A stretch of DNA of 64,000 nucleotides from an uncultured Clostridia bacterium (lineage in GTDB: Bacteria; Bacillota; Clostridia; Oscillospirales; Ruminococcaceae), in the NCBI GenBank assembly GCA_944382845.1, contig CALWNN010000085.1, forward strand, positions 2,150 through 66,149, given 5' to 3'. A model generated the notes under the pieces. It worked only from the letters and a program-made list of their open reading frames with translations, had not been told where the DNA came from and ran no database searches. Made by a program: the position numbers and the translations under genes. Within the stretch, counting starts at the first letter, position 1; every line of letters begins with the position of its first letter. Shown here piece by piece: positions 47,250-54,962 of the stretch.

Positions 47250-47412
47250 TTTAAAATCGACTGCAACGATTTCAACCGCAACATGGCGTGTTGTTCCTCA
47301 GGCGGGGTTAAAGTCAGGACTGACCGCCTCTGCTGAAATTCTAAATGGAACCTGCCGAATACTTGGCAGACCTGCCGAATACTTGGCAGGGGAACGTCTG
47401 CAACTTGGTTAT
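47250..47412 (+). repeat. Long copy of the repeat family with 2 tandem 20-nt hairpin units, inverted relative to 46254-46424
   Basis: It reads TTTAAAATCGACTGCAACG...GCTGAAATTCTAAATGGAAC, then CTGCCGAATACTTGGCAGAC x2 (47351-47390), then GGGGAACGTCTGCAACTTGGTTAT. Confidence 0.85.
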
Positions 47413-47483
47413 ATTATAACTTAAAAAGGTCTTATTGTAAAGTGAAAATTGCAAAAATGTTAAAAAGAAAGGAAATAAATTTT

Positions 47484-48113
47484 ATGAAAGGTTACAGAAT
47501 ACATCTTGTCCGCCACGGAATGACTGACGCAAACTTAAACGGAATCTATATCGGAAGTACCGACGAGCCTCTTTGTTCTCAGGGAGTAGGAGAGCTTTAT
47601 GAAAAGCTTGACAAAATGGTTTATCCGGGAGTGCAAAAAGTATATTCATCTCCTTTAAAGCGTTGTCTTTCAACTGCGGGGATTCTTTTTCCCGAAGCCT
47701 TTACTGTTTCGGTTGAGGATCTTCGTGAAATGGATTTCGGGGAATACGAAGGAAAAAAAGCAGTTGACCTTATGAACGATCCCGGATACAAAGAATTTTT
47801 AAAAGGCGGTCTTGACAATCCTCCTCCCGGAGGAGAAAGCATCAGACATGTAATTGAAAGAAGTTATGCAGGGATAAGCTATGTTGTTTCGGACATGATG
47901 AGAGAGGGGCTTACAAACTGCGCAGTAGTTACCCATGGAGGAATAATAATGAATCTCCTTTCCTGCTTTGGCATTCCCAAAATGCCCCCTATGCAGTTTC
48001 CCTGCGATTTCGGCGAAGGATATGAGATACTTGTTACGGCGGATATGTGGATGAGATCCCATGCTTTTGAGATACTCGGAAAATTCCCTTTAAATCGAAG
48101 CAAAGACGATTAA
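47484..48113 (+). CDS. Histidine phosphatase family protein (phosphoglycerate mutase-like)
   Basis: It has the catalytic RHG motif (IHLVRHGMTDAN) and a downstream H (VVTHGG). The ATG at 47484 is preferred over 47442. Confidence 0.78.
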   Translation: MKGYRIHLVRHGMTDANLNGIYIGSTDEPLCSQGVGELYEKLDKMVYPGVQKVYSSPLKRCLSTAGILFPEAFTVSVEDLREMDFGEYEGKKAVDLMNDPGYKEFLKGGLDNPPPGGESIRHVIERSYAGISYVVSDMMREGLTNCAVVTHGGIIMNLLSCFGIPKMPPMQFPCDFGEGYEILVTADMWMRSHAFEILGKFPLNRSKDD

Positions 48114-48207
48114 GCCGTATATCTGCGACACGGTTACATCCGTGATGAAAATGAAGATACGGATCATATCCGACTGATCATTAAGATTCTCAAAAGGGAG
48201 TGTAGAG

Positions 48208-49047
48208 ATGACTAACAAACAGATAAAAACTCTCGCAAGGATAAAACTCAGAGGAAACTGGGGAAATAGTATTGCACTTGTTTTCTGCATATTTGCGGTG
48301 GCGCTTCTGATAATTATCGGAGGATACTTTGTTCTGTCTATGTACGCATATCTTATAGACGAAGAATTTTCCGTCTCCTCTTATCTTCACGATCCCGTTA
48401 ATCTGGGGATTTCTGTTACCGCAATATTATTGCTGACGGCAGTTTTATCCATGATATATTTTGTTATTGTAAGACAGTTTATAGACATTTCCAAGGGTGC
48501 GGATTTTTCAGAAAAACGCAACTCTGTTTACAAGCGTCCCTTACTTCTTATGAAAATCACCCTTATCCCTCAGTTTGCAAAGCTTGTTATAATTATTCTG
48601 GCGTCAATTCCGGGAATATTTGCCGTTGACTTTGCAAATAATCTTACGGCTCGGGCAAAGCAATCCTCAATAACTTTCATTCTGTTGCTTTTATTTATGG
48701 TGAGTCTGCTTGTGGTCATACTTTCCGCCATACTGGTCTTAGCGTGCATATTGAGCCTGCATTTACTGCCTGTTATAATAATGCTCCATCCTGCGATGCC
48801 TTTGGGAAAAGCCATAAAAATATGCTTTAAGGCAACTGATTCAAACCGCATAAGAATGCTTCTTTTTTATCTTTCCTTTATAAAATTCCTACCGCTTCTT
48901 TTACTTGTTTATCCGGGTTTTATTATAATACCGTATTTTGCAATGTCGGACATCGTGCTTATTTCCTCAATACTCGATGAAGATCTTAAAAAAGACGAAT
49001 TTTTCGACGTGTTTCCACAACTTTACAAGGAAAAGGAGAACCTTTAA
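48208..49047 (+). CDS. DUF975-like integral membrane protein
   Basis: 279 aa. The N-terminus IK..AR..L.GNWG..I....I is typical of DUF975. It has about 6 TM segments. Confidence 0.6.
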   Translation: MTNKQIKTLARIKLRGNWGNSIALVFCIFAVALLIIIGGYFVLSMYAYLIDEEFSVSSYLHDPVNLGISVTAILLLTAVLSMIYFVIVRQFIDISKGADFSEKRNSVYKRPLLLMKITLIPQFAKLVIIILASIPGIFAVDFANNLTARAKQSSITFILLLLFMVSLLVVILSAILVLACILSLHLLPVIIMLHPAMPLGKAIKICFKATDSNRIRMLLFYLSFIKFLPLLLLVYPGFIIIPYFAMSDIVLISSILDEDLKKDEFFDVFPQLYKEKENL

Positions 49048-49051
49048 GAAC

Positions 49052-49909
49052 ATGGAAATGACATTTATCGTGCCTGCGGAGGAGCAAGGAAAGACCGCAG
49101 GGGAATTTCTTTTACACAGGGGAGCTTCAAGGCGGCTTATCACAAAACTCAAGCGCGTTCCTTCCGGAATAACAAGAAACGGCAGTCTTTGCAGGACAAT
49201 CGACAAGGTCAACGAAAAGGACGTTATAAAAATTTTTATGGAGGACGAAAAAAAGCTTACCCCAAACGGAGAACTCTTCGTTCCGGTTCTTTACGAAAGC
49301 GAATGTGCGGTCGTATTTGACAAGCCGAGTCTTATGCCGGTTCATCCGTCCATAAAGCATCAGGGGGACACTTTGGGAAATTATTTTTCATTTCTTTATC
49401 CCTCGCTTACTTTTCGTCCCGTAAACAGGCTTGACCGTGATACGTCGGGATGTTGTGTTGTTGCAAAAACTCCCTTTAGCGCAAAAGCGTTGCAGTTTTC
49501 AGTCAGAAAGATATACTATGCTGTAGTAGTCGGACAGTGTGAATCTGAAGGAACGATAGATCTTCCCATTGCAAGAAAGGAAAGCTCTATTATTTTAAGG
49601 GAGGTTTCCATGTCGGGGCAGAAAGCTGTCACTCACTATAAACGCATTTATACCGACGGGAGGTATTCTCTTGTTGAGATATACCTTGAAACGGGACGCA
49701 CTCATCAGATAAGGGTGCATTTTTCCCATATAGGATATCCGCTTTTAGGCGATGGAATGTACGGCGAAAAGTCAGATATTATTTCTCGTCAGGCCCTTCA
49801 CTGCGGCAGGGTTGAATTTGTCGATCCGCTCTCTCGGGAAACTGTGATATGCAAGTCGCCTTTGCCCAAAGATATGCAGGCTGTACTTACCCTCCCCTCA
49901 GAAATCTGA
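49052..49909 (+). CDS. RluA-family pseudouridine synthase
   Basis: It has an S4-like N-terminus and the catalytic HRLDRDTSG-type motif (VNRLDRDTSG), plus TGRTHQIRVH. The ATG at 49052 follows AAGGAGA; the maximal ORF starts at 48938. Confidence 0.85.
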   Translation: MEMTFIVPAEEQGKTAGEFLLHRGASRRLITKLKRVPSGITRNGSLCRTIDKVNEKDVIKIFMEDEKKLTPNGELFVPVLYESECAVVFDKPSLMPVHPSIKHQGDTLGNYFSFLYPSLTFRPVNRLDRDTSGCCVVAKTPFSAKALQFSVRKIYYAVVVGQCESEGTIDLPIARKESSIILREVSMSGQKAVTHYKRIYTDGRYSLVEIYLETGRTHQIRVHFSHIGYPLLGDGMYGEKSDIISRQALHCGRVEFVDPLSRETVICKSPLPKDMQAVLTLPSEI

Positions 49910-49948
49910 GGGGAATCATCAGAAATCTGAGGGGAGTCATCAGAAATA
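49894..49948 (+). repeat. Tandem 21-nt hairpin units (about 2.5 copies) overlapping the 3' end of the pseudouridine synthase gene
   Basis: CCCCTCAGAAATCTGAGGGGAAT / CATCAGAAATCTGAGGGGAGT / CATCAGAAATA. The first unit forms an 8-bp hairpin. Confidence 0.8.
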
Positions 49949-50170
49949 CAAGTGAGGTTGAGCCTTTTAAAAATAAAAGTCACCGCAAAAGATTAACGCT
50001 CCGAAACAGGGTATTCTGCTCCTTTAAAAGAAACGCCGGCAACGTCAGACCGTCGAAGCATCCGCAACATAAGTTAAAATTTTTACAGCATATTATCCAA
50101 AACCTATAACGGGTTTTTTGCTATAATGCACAAAGATTACAAATCCGTTTGTCAAAACTCCCGAAAAGCC

Positions 50171-50198
50171 TTGACTTTTTGATTTCCAGTGCTATAAT
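50171..50198 (+). promoter_or_regulatory. Sigma-A type promoter of the G5-M23 peptidase gene
   Basis: TTGACT (50171-50176), 16-nt spacer, TGcTATAAT (50190-50198). Confidence 0.6.
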
Positions 50199-50394
50199 GT
50201 AACTTGTTGTTACTATTTTGTAATAACAAACGCGACTGTTGTTACCATTTTGAAATCAATAAAGAAAGGGAGTTTTTCGTATCAGTATCCAGAATGTTTC
50301 AGTTGAAAACGGCGGAAAAACAAACGCAAAAACTGCACTTACCACACTTACTGCACTTGAAAGAATTAAGGAAAAAAAGAACATCATAACCACG

Positions 50395-51501
50395 GTGTGC
50401 GCTGTTATTGTCGCAGCATTAACGGTTGCGGCGTCAACCTTTGAGGGAAACGGAGCTTATATAGGCAATGCTGTTGAAAAATACTGCCCCGATGTTTCCC
50501 AAGTGACAAACCTTTCTGAAATTGTTGTCAAGGCACAATCCTACTATTCCACCTGTTCGCCTTATTCTACCGGAGAGGATGACTCTGTTCTCGCACAAAA
50601 CGACAGTCTTTACAAGACAGAAAAGGGTTATTCCGTTTATGTAAACGACGAGATCCTGGGAAACGTTTCTGAAAAAGGAAAAGTAAATCTCGAAAAGCAT
50701 ATTGAAGAATTTCTTTCTTCCTATAAATCAGATGAAAAAAACGCAAAAACCGTTCTTACAGATAAAATTGAATACGCAAGGGGAACTTTTGATTCTCTCT
50801 CAATAGTTTCGTCGCAGGAAATACTTGCACAAATGGAGCTTGAGGCAAAAACCACCTACACAACCACTTGCTCAGAAGAGATACCTTTTGAAGTGGTTTA
50901 CGAAAATTCCGATCAGATTTTCACAGACTGCCGGGTCGTTTCGACAGAAGGCAAAGCCGGACAAAAAAATGTTGTATACACGGTCAGTGAGATAAACGGC
51001 GAGGTTGTATCAAAAACCGCCGAAAAGGAAACGGTCGTTGCCGATGCCGTAAATCAGGTGGTTCTTGTCGGAACAAAACAACCTGTCACCCTTTCGGCAG
51101 AAGATATTGAAAAAGCGGGAGATTATGTATTCCCTCTTTCGGGACAAAGCTGTTACATTTCATCTGATTTCGGCTACAGAGAATTTGACGGCTCGTTCCA
51201 TAACGGAACAGACTATGCCGCAGACGAGGGAACAGAAGTGTACTGCGCCGCAGACGGCGTCGTGACCTTTGCAGGCTGGGATGATACCGGATACGGAAAC
51301 TATGTTGTTGTCACACACGAAAACGGCTATAAGACAGGATACGCTCACCTTTCTTCAATTTCCGCTGAGGAGGGAAAGAAAATTTCCGCGGGAGATATTA
51401 TAGGAGGTGTGGGAAGCACAGGCTACTCCACAGGAAACCACCTCCACCTTAACGTTTTCTACAACGGCGAAAGCGTAGACCCGCAGGAATTGTTCGGTTA
51501 A
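50395..51501 (+). CDS. Membrane-anchored G5-domain plus M23 (LytM) peptidase
   Basis: It has a G5 domain (...STEGKAGQKNVVYTVSEINGEVVSK...VVLVGTK) and an M23 domain (HNGTDYA ... GNHLHLNV). The frame is open back to 50263 with no canonical start there (see findings). Confidence 0.8.
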   Translation: MCAVIVAALTVAASTFEGNGAYIGNAVEKYCPDVSQVTNLSEIVVKAQSYYSTCSPYSTGEDDSVLAQNDSLYKTEKGYSVYVNDEILGNVSEKGKVNLEKHIEEFLSSYKSDEKNAKTVLTDKIEYARGTFDSLSIVSSQEILAQMELEAKTTYTTTCSEEIPFEVVYENSDQIFTDCRVVSTEGKAGQKNVVYTVSEINGEVVSKTAEKETVVADAVNQVVLVGTKQPVTLSAEDIEKAGDYVFPLSGQSCYISSDFGYREFDGSFHNGTDYAADEGTEVYCAADGVVTFAGWDDTGYGNYVVVTHENGYKTGYAHLSSISAEEGKKISAGDIIGGVGSTGYSTGNHLHLNVFYNGESVDPQELFG

Positions 51502-51651
51502 GAGAGGCGCTGTGGCGGAAAAATAAAAAGGCTGTCTGATATTGTATTCTATATGTGGAATTCATGACGCAGGATAATAACAATATGTTGTTATCCCCCT
51601 GAAACAAGGGAAAACAAAGCGGTTTAATTAGTTAAAAAATTGTGAAAATGC

Positions 51652-51680
51652 TTGACAAGAGAGATGAAAAAAAGTATAAT
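51652..51680 (+). promoter_or_regulatory. Sigma-A type promoter of rpmH-rnpA
   Basis: TTGACA (51652-51657), 17-nt spacer, TATAAT (51675-51680). Confidence 0.7.
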
Positions 51681-51768
51681 ATAAAATTGCAGGGGTTTTT
51701 TGAAATGGAAAAAATGAGTTGCAAAAATCAAAAAATCCGAAAGTTATGTGTCAAAGGAGGGTATTTTA

Positions 51769-51903
51769 ATGAAAAGAACTTATCAGCCCAAGAAGCTTCA
51801 GAGAAAGAAAGAACACGGCTTTATGAAGAGAATGTCTACAAGAAACGGACGCAAGGTGCTTGCACGCAGGAGAGCAAAGGGTAGAGCAAGACTTACCTAC
51901 TGA
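51769..51903 (+). CDS. rpmH: 50S ribosomal protein L34
   Basis: Translated by hand: [53 protein letters not shown] lies 8 nt upstream. It is too short for the supplied ORF track, whose 51642-51884 ORF is in another frame. Confidence 0.95.
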   Translation: MKRTYQPKKLQRKKEHGFMKRMSTRNGRKVLARRRAKGRARLTY

Positions 51904-52005
51904 TAATGCTGACCACCCTGATTACCGAGCCTTAAAACAGGCTGGAGTTTGGTGTGGTCTTTTTTGCTTTTTAAAGAAAAAACAAAATTAATCGGAGAGA
52001 AAAAT

Positions 52006-52356
52006 ATGCTGTTTACCGCTGTTATGAAAAACGATAAGGACTTCAGAAGGGCTTACCGGAAAGGGAAATACTGCGTAAATGAAGCGGTGACCGCCTATTA
52101 TCTTCCGAATAAGCTTCCCATAAACAGACTTGGAATAACTACCGGGAAGAAAATTGGAAACGCGGTCAAAAGAAACCGTGCAAGAAGAATAATCAGAGCC
52201 GCTTACAGAGTGAAAGAGGAAATTCTCCCCATAGGCTTTGATATAGTAATTGTGGCAAGACCCGGTATAGAGGGTAAGAAGTCCACGGATATTGAAAAAT
52301 TCATAAGTTCACGACTTGTAAAGGAAATGAATAAGCCTTTTAAAAATAAAAAGTAG
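52006..52356 (+). CDS. rnpA: Ribonuclease P protein component
   Basis: It has the RNR motif KAV.RNR.RR and follows rpmH. The ATG at 52006 has a GGAGAG RBS; the maximal ORF starts at 51949. Confidence 0.88.
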   Translation: MLFTAVMKNDKDFRRAYRKGKYCVNEAVTAYYLPNKLPINRLGITTGKKIGNAVKRNRARRIIRAAYRVKEEILPIGFDIVIVARPGIEGKKSTDIEKFISSRLVKEMNKPFKNKK

Positions 52357-52357
52357 T

Positions 52358-52648
52358 ATGAAATATCTTGCTGTGATACTGATAAAAATATATCAGAAAA
52401 TTATAAGCCCAATGTTTCCGAAAAGCTGTAAATACTATCCGACTTGTTCAAGCTATGCCATAGAAAGCTATAGGCGGCATGGTTTTTTCAAAGGAACAAT
52501 ACTTTCCGTATGGAGGCTTTTAAGATGCAATCCCTTTTCAAAAGGCGGAGTGGATAAGGTTCCTGAAGAATTCAGTATTTTTGCCGCTTTAAAAAACAGG
52601 CTTGATAAGCTTTTGGCTGTCGTGAAAAAAAACAAGAACAAAATGTAA
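52358..52648 (+). CDS. yidD: Membrane protein insertion efficiency factor YidD
   Basis: It has IYQK.ISP.....C.Y.PTCS.Y....... G...G......R...C.P...GG.D. Confidence 0.9.
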   Translation: MKYLAVILIKIYQKIISPMFPKSCKYYPTCSSYAIESYRRHGFFKGTILSVWRLLRCNPFSKGGVDKVPEEFSIFAALKNRLDKLLAVVKKNKNKM

Positions 52649-52669
52649 AATCGGAGGTCTGACATACAC

Positions 52670-53962
52670 ATGAGTATTATCGCCATACCTTTCGGCTGGC
52701 TGATGAAGCTTTGCTATATGCTTGTGAAGAATTACGGCTTTGCCCTTATTCTGTTTACTTTTATCACAAAGCTTATTATGTTCCCGCTTCAGATAAAGCA
52801 GCAGAAAATGTCCGCAAAAACCGCTAAACTTAATCCAAAGCTCCAGAAATTAAAACAGAAGTACGGAAACAACAAGGAAAAATACAATGAAGAGCTTACC
52901 AAGCTCTATGCAGAAGAGGGCGTTTCAATGACCGGAGGCTGTCTGCCGTTGGTTATAAACTTTGTTCTTCTTTTTGCAATGATCGAAATCATATACGCTC
53001 CGTTTACCTACGTTACAAGCCTCAGCAAGGATAAGGTAAATGATGCAAAAGCTCTTGTTTCAAACATGATGACCGTAAGCTACGACATCAAGGATGGCGA
53101 CAAGGACAGCAATACTTATGCTGAGCTTAAAGACAGCAACGGCGATGTGTATGGGTATATCACGTCTGACGAGCATAAGGGAGATTTTAAGAATTCAAAC
53201 AAACTCGACAAAGATGAGCTTAAAGAAATTATTGAAATATTTGACACTCACCCGGGGCTTGACGAATACTTTTCCGATACAACAAAGGTAACTCAGAACC
53301 TTCAGGACCGTCCTGAGCTTCTTATTTTCAGAATAGTCGAGGACGGAAAGGGCGATTTCCTTGACAGCGAGGTTGTTGAAGTAGCAGAGGATTTCAATTA
53401 TGAAATGTTCGGAGTGTTCCTTGGAGATTACCCAAGCTGGAAGAGCGTTCTTGTGCTTATTCCTGTTCTTTCGCTTGTATTACAGCTTCTTGTGACTTTT
53501 GTTTCTCAGCATTACACCAAGAAGAATAATATAAATACAAACCAGCCGGGAATGGGCGGTATGACAGTCATGCTTTATGTTCTGCCATTGTTCTCATTCT
53601 GGATAGCATTCAACTTCCCTGCCGGTATCGGTCTGTACTGGATTGCTCAGTCGCTGTTCAGCCTTATTCAGGTAATAGTTGTCAACAAGGTCTATACTCC
53701 GGAATATATTGATAAGCTCAACGAAAAGGACGCTGAAAAGAGAAAGAAAAAGGGTAAGAAATCCTTTATGGAAAGAGCCCTGGAGACTCAACAGCTCCAG
53801 TCAAACGGCGGTGCGCCGGAAAAAAACAGCGATGACGAAGTTCTTACCGAGGAGGAAAAGAAGCTTTCAAAAGCAGAACTTAAGGAGCTTCAGAGAAAAC
53901 GTCTTAACGAAGCAAGAAAACGTATGGCTGAAAAATACGGAGACGAATACAAAGAAGACTAA
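52670..53962 (+). CDS. yidC: YidC/Oxa1-family membrane insertase (long form with about 135-aa insertion and Lys-rich tail)
   Basis: It has a coiled-coil C1 region (QQKMSAKTAKLNPKLQKLKQKYGNNKEKYNEEL.KLY.EEGV), GCLP and conserved TM3-5. A basic C-terminal tail is present. Confidence 0.88.
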   Translation: MSIIAIPFGWLMKLCYMLVKNYGFALILFTFITKLIMFPLQIKQQKMSAKTAKLNPKLQKLKQKYGNNKEKYNEELTKLYAEEGVSMTGGCLPLVINFVLLFAMIEIIYAPFTYVTSLSKDKVNDAKALVSNMMTVSYDIKDGDKDSNTYAELKDSNGDVYGYITSDEHKGDFKNSNKLDKDELKEIIEIFDTHPGLDEYFSDTTKVTQNLQDRPELLIFRIVEDGKGDFLDSEVVEVAEDFNYEMFGVFLGDYPSWKSVLVLIPVLSLVLQLLVTFVSQHYTKKNNINTNQPGMGGMTVMLYVLPLFSFWIAFNFPAGIGLYWIAQSLFSLIQVIVVNKVYTPEYIDKLNEKDAEKRKKKGKKSFMERALETQQLQSNGGAPEKNSDDEVLTEEEKKLSKAELKELQRKRLNEARKRMAEKYGDEYKED

Positions 53963-53985
53963 TTTTAAGAGAGAGGAAGAGAAAA

Positions 53986-54771
53986 ATGAAAGAAATCTTT
54001 ACAGCAAAAACCGTTGAAGAAGCTAAAGAACTTGCTGCTTCAAAATTCGGAACAGATATAAACAAGATCTCTTTTGAAGTTATTGAAGAGCCTAAAAAGG
54101 GTCTTTTCGGAAAGCTTAAAGGAGAGGCTAAGGTTGAGGCTTCATACACACTTACAAAGGCTGACCTTTCCGTTAAATACATTAAAAGCGTTCTTGCCGC
54201 CGCAGGAATCGAAAACCCGACTTGTGAAATTACAGAGGTAGACGGCGGAGCTGAAATTGAAATCGGCGGAACGGACATAGAATCCTTTATCGGCAAAAGG
54301 GGAGAAGCTATCGACTCCTTGCAGTACCTTTGCTCGCTTGTGTGCAATAAGATAGACAGGGATTATTACAGAATCACAATTGACTGCAACGGCTTCAGGG
54401 AGAAAAGAAAAGCCCAGCTTGAAGAGCTTGCAAGAAAAATGGCTGCCAATGTTAAAAAGAACGGCAGAACGGCGGCTCTTGAACCTATGAATCCTTACGA
54501 GAGAAGAATTATCCATGCCGCTGTTTCCGATATTGAAGGGGTAACCTCACGCTCGGTCGGAGAGGAACCTTACAGAAAGGTGCTTATAAGCTCCACGGAG
54601 AAGAGAGGATACGGCAAAGAAAGACGGGGAGGAAGAAACGGCTCAAGAAGAGAAAACCGCAGACCTCAGAAGTCCTTCGATATCTCAACCTCTTTTGAAA
54701 AGGAATACAAAAAACCAAAGCCTGAGGACTCATTGACAGGCGCAGGACTTTATTCAAAGATAGAATTCTGA
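53986..54771 (+). CDS. jag: Jag/KhpB RNA-binding protein (Jag_N, KH, R3H)
   Basis: It has the Jag N-terminus (TAKTVEEA...A...), a KH-like middle region and an R3H motif (L.PM.PYERRIIH). Its position after yidC is typical. Confidence 0.88.
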   Translation: MKEIFTAKTVEEAKELAASKFGTDINKISFEVIEEPKKGLFGKLKGEAKVEASYTLTKADLSVKYIKSVLAAAGIENPTCEITEVDGGAEIEIGGTDIESFIGKRGEAIDSLQYLCSLVCNKIDRDYYRITIDCNGFREKRKAQLEELARKMAANVKKNGRTAALEPMNPYERRIIHAAVSDIEGVTSRSVGEEPYRKVLISSTEKRGYGKERRGGRNGSRRENRRPQKSFDISTSFEKEYKKPKPEDSLTGAGLYSKIEF

Positions 54772-54793
54772 TAAAAACTAATAACAATAACAC

Positions 54794-54820
54794 ATCGCCC
54801 TTGCAACAAAGGGCGATTTT
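54794..54820 (+). terminator. Rho-independent terminator after jag
   Basis: ATCGCCCTT-gcaaca-AAGGGCGAT followed by TTT. Confidence 0.75.
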
Positions 54821-54825
54821 GGTAT

Positions 54826-54934
54826 ATAACTAAGTCGCCGATGTCCCCCGCCTTAAAGGCGGGGGTTCCATTCAGAGTTTCAGTGGAGGATTAAAACCCC
54901 ACTGAAACTCTGAGGAGCTTTGCTCCGATTTAAA
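54826..54934 (-). repeat. Medium (109 nt) copy of the repeat family
   Basis: ATAACTAAGTCGCCGATGTCCCCCGCCttaaaGGCGGGGGTTCCATTCAGAGTTTCAGTGGaggattaaaaCCCCACTGAAACTCTGAGGAGCTTTGCTCCGATTTAAAG. It aligns along its length with the reverse complement of 16834-17002, minus two internal hairpins. Confidence 0.9.
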
Positions 54935-54962
54935 GCGCAAGTTTAACAGTGAGGAATAATTT

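Noticed and set aside
51502-51768. Possible oriC / DnaA-box cluster upstream of rpmH.
   Set aside because: There are only two weak near-matches (TGTGGAAT, TTATCCCC). There is no cluster of TTATCCACA boxes, no adjacent dnaA, and a plain consensus promoter explains the spacer.
51642-51884. 80-aa ORF from the track (MKMLDKRDEKK...).
   Set aside because: It is out of frame with, and overlapping, the unmistakable rpmH (L34) reading frame. It has no RBS and low-complexity K/E-rich content.
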